Shown: positions 10,807 through 19,925 of the stretch, in pieces
Numbering within the stretch: the stretch's first letter is position 1
How the letters are laid out: each line of letters starts with the position of its first letter
Source of the DNA: an uncultured Poribacteria bacterium
GTDB taxonomy: Bacteria; Poribacteria; WGA-4E; WGA-3G
Direction of reading: 5' to 3'
Length of the DNA stretch: 64,000 bases
Assembly: GCA_951813565.1 (NCBI GenBank)
Contig: OX638351.1
Location: 1,632,001 to 1,696,000, forward strand
Position numbers and translations under genes: made by a program
Notes under the pieces: model-generated
Database searches by the model: none
The model's input: the letters and a program-made list of their open reading frames with translations, nothing else
What the model was told of the DNA's origin: nothing

Positions 10807-11209
10807 CTCATACCTTTCAATTAAGAGTTAACATTCTATCTTGGTTTAAAGTATAGTCAGTTTTGATAATAAAGGCAAGCAAAATTAAAGAGTACTTTAT
10901 TGTCAGCGAAGTAATGAAATTTAAAATAATTCGGAAAAAGCCATTTTTTCTGCCAAAAAACTTAACATTCGCCAAATTTGAAGGCATAATAACGTAAATC
11001 GACTGAAGTTGTTGGTTGAATAAATTTGACAATTTTTGTGCAATTTTATACAATATGTGCGTAATTCATTACAACAATACGCTCAATATGGCTGATCATA
11101 ATACTTACTTGAGATATTGTTGTAGGGAGTTATTGTGTCGGATGAAGTACATTGGACTCTCAATGGGTGCATCTACCGAGATATATCGTTATAGATTAAG
11201 GTTAACATT

Positions 11210-11800
11210 ATGCAAAAAAGCTTTTTTCGAGAGATGCTGCTAGTCAGGATTTTTCTTATCATTTTTTTTGTTATCAGCGCATGTCAGCAAACAGATAGAA
11301 AATCTGAGAAAACGGAGGACAGTAATATCCAAAAATCTCAGGAAGTACGAAGTTCGCTTCTTGGCTTGGGTCCCTATCCTGATGTATCAGATGAGGTTTT
11401 AGAAATGTTATATTTTGAAACGGTGGATGATCTCTGGGATAAGATAGAGTCTAGAGTTAAAGAAGACGAAGAGTGGGGTTTAATTCATGAGCTCATGATC
11501 CGCGTCCGTATCAAACTCTGGGAACAAGGTATAATTACCAGAGGTGCATTTGCTACGGGAAACGGATGGGATATCGTTGTTTATCCCTCTATCTTTAATG
11601 TAGCTTATGTGGAATGGGGATTCAAAGAAGGACCTAATGGCAAGTCCCAACGATATGCAGTCCGTAAAAAGGGTCCGAATATTCATAAAGTGAGTCATTA
11701 TTTCGACAGTGGGGAAGTTCCTCCTGGATGGACTGTAAAGTCCTTTGAAGAGGGTGCTATTGATCCCTATAAATTTTTAAATCTAAATAAAAGGAAATAA
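11210..11800 (+). CDS. Uncharacterised 'GPYP/RVRIKLW' family protein, predicted lipoprotein
   Basis: Lipobox-like VISAC after a hydrophobic stretch (start may be ATG 11234); paralog of 12312-13088 and 40964-41728. Confidence 0.8.
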   Translation: MQKSFFREMLLVRIFLIIFFVISACQQTDRKSEKTEDSNIQKSQEVRSSLLGLGPYPDVSDEVLEMLYFETVDDLWDKIESRVKEDEEWGLIHELMIRVRIKLWEQGIITRGAFATGNGWDIVVYPSIFNVAYVEWGFKEGPNGKSQRYAVRKKGPNIHKVSHYFDSGEVPPGWTVKSFEEGAIDPYKFLNLNKRK

Positions 11801-11802
11801 TT

Positions 11803-12212
11803 ATGATTATCAAATTGTTTGGCAAATTTTTAATCATCGCTTTCTTGACAAGTATTACCTTATTGGCATGGGGCAGTGGCAACAGCATCCACAAAGTGAC
11901 GGTCCTCTAGATGCCGATCCAAGAAAGTTACATAGTGGTCTTAATTACAAGACTGAAGCCAGAGGCAGTAATAGTTTGGACAGTGTATCAGGTGATTATA
12001 CACTCGATACCTATGTAGGTGATTATACTGACCCAGAAGACGGTTATGTATGTAGTGACTATAACGGGAACTTTTCTGATTCTGCAACCACCAATAAACG
12101 CTCTGGCCAGACAATAAACAATTACGGAGCAGACGTCTACGTGTATGGACTTTCTGACGATTATCCGAATTTTCCAGGCGACGATGAATGGTCGGTAAAC
12201 GCAGGTATATAA
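11803..12212 (+). pseudogene. Small secreted acidic protein with a frameshift after the signal peptide
   Basis: ATG 11803 (AAGGA RBS) encodes MIIKLFGKFLIIAFLTSITLLAWG; one extra G in the G4 run near 11870 joins it to QWQQHPQ...NAGI. Confidence 0.7.
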
Positions 12213-12260
12213 GTTGTGTTTTTACGTTAAGAAGTTCTATAGATTGATGTCTTGCCAACA

Positions 12261-12294
12261 GGTATACGTTGATAACTTGTTATTAACGTATACC
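12261..12294. promoter_or_regulatory. Intergenic hairpin (terminator or mRNA stability element)
   Basis: GGTATACGTTGATAAC-TT-GTTATTAACGTATACC. Confidence 0.5.
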
Positions 12295-12311
12295 TTCACA
12301 ACTCTTAGGGA

Positions 12312-13088
12312 ATGATTATGTGGAAGGAAGCTTTGCTAAACAGATGGCTTCTCGGATTATTTTCACTTTTGGTTACCGTTATCATCGGTTGTATTTTTTG
12401 GACAATATATGTCAATAGACAAATCCAAAAGGAAGAAAGAGCACTTAAATTATTAGAAGCCTCATTAGTTGAAAAAAAACCTATAGAGGAAACTGTGTTT
12501 TCCGCAAGAACTGATACACCATCGGAACAGGTAGAAATGCAGCGTAAATCCAAGACGGAGATAGAAATAGATACCGGAACAGATATTGTTGAAAACCTAC
12601 ACCTTGAGACAGCAGATGTGAAAATTCCTGAAGCAGGTGCCGAGGTGCCAAAGAATGTAGATGCACGTGTCTCTTTGTTTGGGTATGGTCCGTACCCAGA
12701 AGTTCCTTTAGGACTTTTCCCAGAAGGCGAAAAAATTTGGGATAACCTTGAACGGATGGCTGAACGTAGTGAAAGACTCGCCCGGAATGTGGAACTGATG
12801 GTGCGCGTGCGTATCAAACTCTGGGAACTTGGCACAGAAACTGTCGGTGCAATTGGGGGCGTGGATGGCGTTTATCCGATAATTCCAAATGTAGCCTATG
12901 TAAAATGGGGATGGTCAGAAGGGGAAAATGGGGAACCTGAACGATATATTAAGCGCATGAAATCACCCGCAGGTATGAGTCCAGAAACAAGGCGAGGTAT
13001 TGAACTCGGTGAAACACCCCCAGGTTGGACTATAATGGATTTTGACGAAGGACTTATTAACCCTCATACGTTTTTAGAATTAGAATAG
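12312..13088 (+). CDS. Uncharacterised 'GPYP/RVRIKLW' family protein, N-terminal membrane anchor
   Basis: N-terminal TM, low-complexity linker, VSLFGYGPYP, ELMVRVRIKLW, VYPII, TPPGWT, EGLINPHTFL. Confidence 0.85.
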   Translation: MIMWKEALLNRWLLGLFSLLVTVIIGCIFWTIYVNRQIQKEERALKLLEASLVEKKPIEETVFSARTDTPSEQVEMQRKSKTEIEIDTGTDIVENLHLETADVKIPEAGAEVPKNVDARVSLFGYGPYPEVPLGLFPEGEKIWDNLERMAERSERLARNVELMVRVRIKLWELGTETVGAIGGVDGVYPIIPNVAYVKWGWSEGENGEPERYIKRMKSPAGMSPETRRGIELGETPPGWTIMDFDEGLINPHTFLELE

Positions 13089-13155
13089 AATTGCCGAAGG
13101 CATACGGACAGAGTGTTCCCGCATTAGAAACGCAGGCATTGACAATATATTACAT

Positions 13156-15658
13156 TTGAAGCAATTATTGACTTGGATATGGCCCATCTCAAAACGTGTA
13201 ATTTTTCCATGTGTGTTTATCTGCAGCATTCTGCTTCTCGGTTTCTGGATCCGTATTCGGGAGCTGAACATATACCTGTTGGTCAATTTACGGGGAACGA
13301 TCCATATCTTTACGCGAAACAAATAGATTGGATTCTCAAACATGGATCTCTTCCCTCAAAGGACATGGACAGATGGCTGCCTTTCGGTAGAGACAATAGG
13401 CAGTTGTCATCATTCTACGCCTACATCCTTGCTTATACTTCCAAAATCCTTCAATGGTTCTTCCCAACACTTATACCCAATTAACTCAATTCGTAGTGCA
13501 AGGTCTCTGTGCCTCGCAATGCCGACTTTCTCAGAAAACGCCTAATTAAGTCAATTTGTTATTACTCCCTACCACATCCAACTATATTCACCCACAGTCT
13601 TTTTTACAATAGGGCTTGCTGCACTTTCGTTATTTCTTGCGCATATCTACGGTATCGCCTTTGCTGGTATTGTTGTAATACTCTTGGCAACACTACCAGG
13701 AAGTATCAGTCGAAGCATGGCTGGTTTTAGTGACAGGGATGCTTGGGTGTGGCTTTTAGCAATACTTGCATTGACAACCTATTTGTGGAAAGAGCAGATG
13801 GAACCGGGGTGGCGCAGGAGGCTGGTGACCGCAGTATCAGGAGTAACCGTTTGCCTCGGTGGACTTTCATGGGAAGCTTTCGGTATATTCGTTGCAATCA
13901 TACTCTGTATTGAAATATGGAAGTTCTGTTCCACGGATATTGAAAAATATCTGAAGGAATACATCTTATGGTCATCCATGTTCATCCCTTGGCTTTTTCT
14001 TCTGAGTCCTGCGTATCGAAACGGATATGGTTTTTCAATGCATGTGACTGAACTCATGTTATTGCCTTCAATAGTCGTTGGTGGAATTCAGATTGTAAGA
14101 CATCTGATCCTTCACTTTTTTAAGCAATTCCGTCCTCATGCACAGTTATTAGCTATCGGATTATTACTACTTGCGATTGCTATAGGAATCGGGTATGTCA
14201 TTAGCAAATCCCATACTTTCGCCCTAACTGCTTACCCACTTCATAAGACCCGATTGATGCAGCATATCAATGAATTAAAATCACCGGACTTTAGGCATTG
14301 GCAGTCTAAATACGGGGGAATATTCGTATTAGGGAGCATCGGGTTAGTAATCGGAAGTCTGCGATATTGGAGATGGAAAGGGTTCCCTCTTGCGGTATAT
14401 ATCTCTCTATTTATGGCAGCAACTTTCTTCCGTGAACCGATTAGTCTATATATAGGTGATTTTTGGTGTGATGGGCTCTTTTACTGTTCTATCTTTTTAA
14501 TTGCCATCGGAGTAGGTATCGCATGTTGGAAACATCAAGAAAAATCTAAAAACGAGTTAGTAATGCTTGCCGCTATTGTGTGGTTTATAATGTGGGTAAG
14601 TTTCACGCGCAGTGCAACACGATATAGTTTTTTTATTGGTATGCCTCTTGCATTTGGAACTGCGTTCCTATTATCGTCTTTTCCCACATGCCTCACACAG
14701 TGGTTAAAGGATAAAAATATACTTCACACACGTATCAAAGAAAAACATCTTACGACTTGCATTGCGATCAGTGTGTTAGTCCCTATATTATTCTGGACAC
14801 CACTTGGTGGACATGCAGCCAATACTATTGTTAACAAGCAACAGCGCAGCAAGACCGGGCAAAGGCAGCTTGTTGGAGGTTTATCAGTGGATGGATAATG
14901 AACTCTCATCAGAAGCGGTGGTTGCCGCTACATGGGATTTCGGGACGCAGCTCAATATGCTTGGCAATGTAAAAACAATTATTGACGCAGATCATTATAT
15001 ACAACATTGGGTATTTCTTTACTATAGACATGTTTTTTGTGCACAATCGGAGAGTGAGGCACTCTCCTTTTTGAAAACCCACAACGTTACACACCTAATG
15101 TTTGTAGATAAGGAGGTCGTACTCCGCGCAGATGGATATTCATTCATTGGCAGTAATAAATACAACGACAGACATTTTAGAATTCATAAACTTGTGCCCG
15201 TAGAAACACCAATCGGAACACCGATCCGATTGGTACCACAAGTTCAAGCATTGCCTTTGGTTTATATTGACATTAGTGCACAAACACCGCAAAAGGTAAC
15301 AGTAACAGCTAATTTTAGAACCCGCAAACCTTTATCCCATAAGTTCACTCCAAATGTAAAACGAGCAACTAAAAAAGTAATAGATGTCGGAATTGGCGGA
15401 GTAATTCTATATTTTGATCATAATCGTAGACTTGGGAATGTCTATTATGTTCCACCTAACGGGTGGAATAGTCTTGCTGTTAAGTTGTTCATACGCGAAG
15501 AGCATAGCGATGCTTTTGTTCCTGTTTATCCTAACAATGGAAATGATGTTGCTGAAGTAAAAGTGTGGAAAATCCAATACCCGCCAGGGATAAAAACAGA
15601 CAATAAATATCTTGCCACAGAGCCAGAAGGGTCTCGCCATAAATTTTGGAAACAGTGA
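13156..15658 (+). pseudogene. STT3/PglB-like oligosaccharyltransferase (GT-C fold), disrupted
   Basis: TM1 ...GFWIRI, GNDPYLY, AGFSDRD, multiple TMs, TRY, VVAATWDFG (WWDYG-like). Frameshifts near 13260 and near 14840; MITE at 13474-13561 whose removal restores PTL|TPYHIQLY. Confidence 0.75.
13474..13561. mobile_element. 88-bp MITE family A
   Basis: TTA duplicated at 13471-13473 and 13562-13564; ends TACCCAATTAAC/GTCAATTTGTTA; same-length homolog at 47090-47177. Confidence 0.85.
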
Positions 15659-15697
15659 AATCTCTGTCAAATTCTATGCAATACTTGAAAAATAAAG

Positions 15698-16405
15698 ATG
15701 ACTACTAAAAACGTTCAAGTCTCTATAGTCATGCCGTGCCTCAACGAGGAAGAAACCCTCGGCATTTGTATTGAAAAGGCACAATCTACCCTCAAATCTT
15801 TAGGCATTCAAGATGAGGTGGTTATTGCGGATAACGGATCAACCGATGCATCCGCTGAAATTGCAGAACGCCTCGGTGCAAGCTTCGTTCATCAACCTAC
15901 ACGCGGGTACGGTGCCGCATATCTTGCAGGACTTGCAGCAGCGCAAGGGCAATACATTATCATGGGAGATTCTGATGACACCTACGATTTCACGGATTTA
16001 GAGCGGTTCATAACACCGCTTCAAAATGGATGCGATCTCGTTATCGGAAATCGTTTCAAAGGAAAAATATTACCGGGCGCAATGCCCTGGGCACGCCGCT
16101 ACATCGGCAATCCGATCCTGTCAGGAATGCTTCGTATCCTTTTCGGCACGTACATATCAGATTCACACTGCGGGATGCGCTCATTCACCGCAGAGGCATA
16201 CAAACGGATGAATTTGAAAACAACCGGCATGGAATTCGCTTCTGAAATGGTCATAAAAGCAGTAGAAACAGATTTAAAGATTCTTGAAATCCCTATCACC
16301 TACCATCCGCGCGACGGCGAGTCTAAACTCAACGCTATTAGAGATGCGCTCCGACATATCCGATTTATGCTGAAGTCCAAATTTTCCCGCCGCAGGACAG
16401 ATTAA
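15698..16405 (+). CDS. GT2 glycosyltransferase (polyprenol-phosphate glycosyltransferase-like)
   Basis: SIVMPCLNEE, ADNGSTD, GYGAA, MGDSD, DSHCGMR, MEFASEM, RDGESKL. Confidence 0.9.
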   Translation: MTTKNVQVSIVMPCLNEEETLGICIEKAQSTLKSLGIQDEVVIADNGSTDASAEIAERLGASFVHQPTRGYGAAYLAGLAAAQGQYIIMGDSDDTYDFTDLERFITPLQNGCDLVIGNRFKGKILPGAMPWARRYIGNPILSGMLRILFGTYISDSHCGMRSFTAEAYKRMNLKTTGMEFASEMVIKAVETDLKILEIPITYHPRDGESKLNAIRDALRHIRFMLKSKFSRRRTD

Positions 16406-16517
16406 TCCTTCCAAATCTGAATTAACAGCTATTCTTGGATCTGACATTAAAAACCATAAACACATATCATCAAAATCGTTAAGAAACTAAACGATTTCTG
16501 CCCAGTTTTAAATTTTC

Positions 16518-16546
16518 TTGACAAACAAACTAAAATTACATATAAT
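16518..16546 (+). promoter_or_regulatory. Consensus sigma70 promoter of the STAS/signalling operon
   Basis: TTGACA-N17-TATAAT. Confidence 0.8.
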
Positions 16547-16604
16547 AGAATCAGAATTAGTGAAAATGCCGTATAACTTAAAAACATAAAAGGGAGAAAA
16601 AAGC

Positions 16605-16952
16605 ATGGCAACCACGGTTCGCTACAGAGATGGTGTCACAATTTTGGAACCATCAGGAAAAATTATGGGTACCGGGGTATCGGAACTAAGAGAGGTAATT
16701 ACAGCTGAGGTAGATGCCTCTGATACACCGAGAATTCTAATAGACTTTGAAAAAGTCAATATGATGGATAGTTCCGGTCTTGGAACACTCATGGGTGCCC
16801 ATGTCACAATCACTCGACAAGGTGGCAGGGTTGGTGTTCTCAATGTCGGCAAAAATATCAAAAACCTAATTGTGCGGAGTCGGCTTGCGAGTATCTTTGA
16901 GCACTTCAACACCGAAGATGAAGCTGTCTCGGCTTTAAGCAGCGAGACTTAG
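16605..16952 (+). CDS. STAS-domain anti-sigma-factor antagonist
   Basis: VNMMDSSGLGTL phospho-Ser motif; 115 aa. Confidence 0.9.
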   Translation: MATTVRYRDGVTILEPSGKIMGTGVSELREVITAEVDASDTPRILIDFEKVNMMDSSGLGTLMGAHVTITRQGGRVGVLNVGKNIKNLIVRSRLASIFEHFNTEDEAVSALSSET

Positions 16953-17051
16953 CATACAATTTATAATCGCAGCAACTTGGAGGTTGAGTAACAGTATCTA
17001 AAAATCTACATTTTTCTTGACATTCCTTGATATTTATGTGATACTATATAC

Positions 17052-17639
17052 ATGACTTATGTATCAGCGCGCAAAGCAAGTGAGCTGCTGGATTATACAC
17101 CTGACCATTTACGGAGGTTGGCAAATGAAGGAAAGATTGATATTATCCGCACAGGAGGCGGACACAGACGCTATGATGTTGACGGATACATCAAAAGCAA
17201 ATCCAAATCAATTGCAACTGTTTGCTACAGCAGAGTATCCAGCACAAAGCAAAGAGACGACCTTGAACGACAAGTTGAATATATGCGAAGTATCTACCCC
17301 GCCGCAGAAGTTATCCGAGACATCGGAAGCGGTATCAACTTCAAAAGAAAAGGGCTTAGAACCTTATTGGAACGGCTTATGCAAGGTGATAAGCTCCAAG
17401 TTGTTATTGCCCATCGGGATAGATTCGCCCGGTTCGGTATCGACCTTATACAATACCTCATTGAACAAAACGGTGGCGAACTCGTGGTTTTGGACCAAAC
17501 AGAACACAGTCCGCAAGAGGAACTCACGCAGGATCTTCTCGCAATCCTGCATGTCTTCAGTTGCCGGATGCACGGGCTCAGAAGTTACCGTGACAAAATC
17601 AAAGAAGATAAGAGTTTATCCGACGACAGAACAACGTGA
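17052..17639 (+). CDS. tnpA: IS607 serine-recombinase transposase with N-terminal MerR-like HTH
   Basis: RTGGGHRRY, YSRVSSTKQRDDLERQ, DIGSGINFKRKGL, HRDRFARFG, ELTQDLLAILHVFSCR. Confidence 0.95.
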   Translation: MTYVSARKASELLDYTPDHLRRLANEGKIDIIRTGGGHRRYDVDGYIKSKSKSIATVCYSRVSSTKQRDDLERQVEYMRSIYPAAEVIRDIGSGINFKRKGLRTLLERLMQGDKLQVVIAHRDRFARFGIDLIQYLIEQNGGELVVLDQTEHSPQEELTQDLLAILHVFSCRMHGLRSYRDKIKEDKSLSDDRTT

Positions 17640-18708
17640 AACACTTCGGCAGTGGTTTGGCACAGCACGTTTCACTTACAATAAAACCGTTGCTTTGTTA
17701 AACGAAACAGACATAAAAGCGAATTGGAAAGCGATAAAAACAGACATGCTCCACGATCTACCTGATTGGAGCAAAGAAACTCCGTATCAGATAAAGTCTA
17801 TTGCTATCCGAGATGCTTGTATTGCTGTCCGAGAAGCAAAGCAAAAATGTAAGAAAATAGGTGTGTTTCAATCTGTTTCCTTCAAATCTAAGCGAAATCC
17901 ATCAGATAGTATTTTTATACCGAAGTCTGCCATAAAAACTATCGGTGTTTACCACACCTTGCTGGGAGACCTCAAAATGTCGGAGACGCTGCCTGAGAAT
18001 ATCTGTGACTCCCGACTGGTAAAAGAGCATGACAAATACTATTTATGTATATCTTATACTGTAACAACTCCGAAGCGAAAGCCAAACGGAAGTGTTGTTG
18101 CTTTAGACCCAGGCGTGAGAACATTCCTCACATATTTTCATGAGCGTGGTTTCGGATGGCTTGGACACCATGCTATTAATCGGATTCAAAGACTTTGTTC
18201 ACACCTTGATAATCTTTTATCCCGTGCAACTAAAGCAACTCAACAATCACGCAAGAATATGAGACGTGCTGCGAATAGAATACGTAAACGTATCAGAAAT
18301 CTTGTAGATGAATTGCACCATAAAGTCGCGCGATACCTTGTAGATACCTTTGATATTATCTTACTCCCCACCTTTGAGACTTCAGATATGGTGATGCGTG
18401 GAAAACGCAAACTACACAAGAAGTCTGCCCGACAAATGTTGACACTGTCGCACTACAGATTCAAACAGTTTCTAAAGCACAAAGCGAAAGAGACTGGATG
18501 TATCGTCCTTGATGTCTGTGAAGCATACACATCAAAAACAGTGTCGTGGAATGGTGAGATTAGAAAATCACTCGGTGGACGAAAGATAATCAAAGATAGT
18601 GCCGGACTCAAGATGGACAGAGACTTGAATGGCGCACGCGGGATATTCCTGCGTGCTTTGGTAGATGAACCCTGGTTACTATCTATGAGTAACTTGCAAA
18701 CCGTATAA
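17590..18708 (+). CDS. tnpB: TnpB RNA-guided nuclease, IS607/pro-Fanzor type; frame is open back to 17059
   Basis: KIRVYPT..Q...L.QWFG.ARF.YN, ALDPGVRTF, LLPTFE, CEAYTSKT, DRDLNGARGI; true start uncertain. Confidence 0.92.
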   Translation: MTKSKKIRVYPTTEQRETLRQWFGTARFTYNKTVALLNETDIKANWKAIKTDMLHDLPDWSKETPYQIKSIAIRDACIAVREAKQKCKKIGVFQSVSFKSKRNPSDSIFIPKSAIKTIGVYHTLLGDLKMSETLPENICDSRLVKEHDKYYLCISYTVTTPKRKPNGSVVALDPGVRTFLTYFHERGFGWLGHHAINRIQRLCSHLDNLLSRATKATQQSRKNMRRAANRIRKRIRNLVDELHHKVARYLVDTFDIILLPTFETSDMVMRGKRKLHKKSARQMLTLSHYRFKQFLKHKAKETGCIVLDVCEAYTSKTVSWNGEIRKSLGGRKIIKDSAGLKMDRDLNGARGIFLRALVDEPWLLSMSNLQTV

Positions 18709-18766
18709 GATGTGAAATGCCCAGCATTGCACGGATATATACAGGTTAATATCATCGGCTGCACTA

Positions 18767-19132
18767 ATGGCGATCACTCAATCAGAGCGGGATGGCGTAT
18801 TGATTTTCAAACTTGAAGGTAGGATTATAGCGCCCGATGTCCAAGATTTAACAAATGTCGTTCAAAACGCTCTTTCACAGGTAAATGACTCACCGAAACT
18901 CGTCTTTGACTTTAAAGATGTTACCGGCATGGATAGTTCTGGGCTTGGTGCGTTGATGAAAATCTATGCTGATATCCATCCGCGCGATGGAACAATTGCT
19001 GTGATTAATGTCAATAAACATGTGAAAAATCTCATTGTCATGGCGAGACTTATCACTGTCTTCCGTAACTTTGAGACCGAAGACGAAGCAATTTGGGCAT
19101 TATTGAATCCACCATCCGAATCACCACATTAA
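18767..19132 (+). CDS. STAS-domain anti-sigma-factor antagonist (second paralog)
   Basis: VTGMDSSGLGAL; similar to 16605-16952. Confidence 0.9.
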   Translation: MAITQSERDGVLIFKLEGRIIAPDVQDLTNVVQNALSQVNDSPKLVFDFKDVTGMDSSGLGALMKIYADIHPRDGTIAVINVNKHVKNLIVMARLITVFRNFETEDEAIWALLNPPSESPH

Positions 19133-19151
19133 TTGTTGTAAAGGTTATCTC

Positions 19152-19913
19152 ATGATAAAAAATATCCTCGTTTCCATAGGCGATACCGATTATGAAAGAA
19201 ACGCCTTTGATTACGCAGGACAACTTGCAGTTCTTTTAGGAACACACCTCTCTTGTGTTTTTTTTCAGGATAGTGCTCACGGTGGAAGCACAGAAGTCGC
19301 GGAAACAGTGCTGCGCCGAACCGAAAAAGAATGTGCACTTTACGATTTTTTAGATTACCATATAGAAGCTGTCGCAGGCAACCCGCGGCAGATGATTTGT
19401 CAAAAGGCGCATTCCGCCGATTTAGTCGTGGTGGGACTCCCCGAAGATATTAAAACGCGCGGTTTAAAACTCATTCAAAACCAAATTGATGATGTCCTCG
19501 CACATATTACTAAGCCTATTATCGTCGTCCACGAACAGTGCACCCTATTACGCAAAATTTTAGTTGTTAATCATGGGGATATTTATTCTGATCACGTGCT
19601 CTCACTCTCCGCAGAAATTGGCGAATTGACTAAGGCCGACATTCTCGGTTTAGCACTTTCAAATACTACCCAAGAGGCAACAGAGATAAAACAGCAGATG
19701 GAAGCTTATCTGCAATTCTACGATGTCCCAACGGAATTTCTGACTGCCCTCGGATTTACAGTAACAAACATCTTGGAAAACGCGGAAGCAAACGATTGCG
19801 ACCTAATCGCCCTCAGTGCCAGTCATCACGGACGATTGTATGAGATGGTTTTCCAGAGTACTACACAGACCGTTGTTAAACTTGCCAATCGTGCCGTTTT
19901 GGTAACCAAATAA
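19152..19913 (+). CDS. Universal stress protein (tandem USP domains)
   Basis: MIKNILV, ADLVVVG, CDLIAL...QSTTQTVV...VLV. Confidence 0.85.
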   Translation: MIKNILVSIGDTDYERNAFDYAGQLAVLLGTHLSCVFFQDSAHGGSTEVAETVLRRTEKECALYDFLDYHIEAVAGNPRQMICQKAHSADLVVVGLPEDIKTRGLKLIQNQIDDVLAHITKPIIVVHEQCTLLRKILVVNHGDIYSDHVLSLSAEIGELTKADILGLALSNTTQEATEIKQQMEAYLQFYDVPTEFLTALGFTVTNILENAEANDCDLIALSASHHGRLYEMVFQSTTQTVVKLANRAVLVTK

Positions 19914-19925
19914 TGGGGAACCTAC

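Larger units (their letters stand above)
16984..18758 (+). mobile_element. IS607-family element (tnpA serine recombinase + tnpB)
   Basis: GG at both junctions (16982-16983, 18757-18758); reconstructed empty site CTTGGAGG-CTGCACTA-ATG. Confidence 0.85.

Noticed and set aside
11865..11875. Phase-variable homopolymer switch
   Set aside because: Runs of 3-5 nt are too short for high-frequency slippage; treated as mutation or sequencing error.
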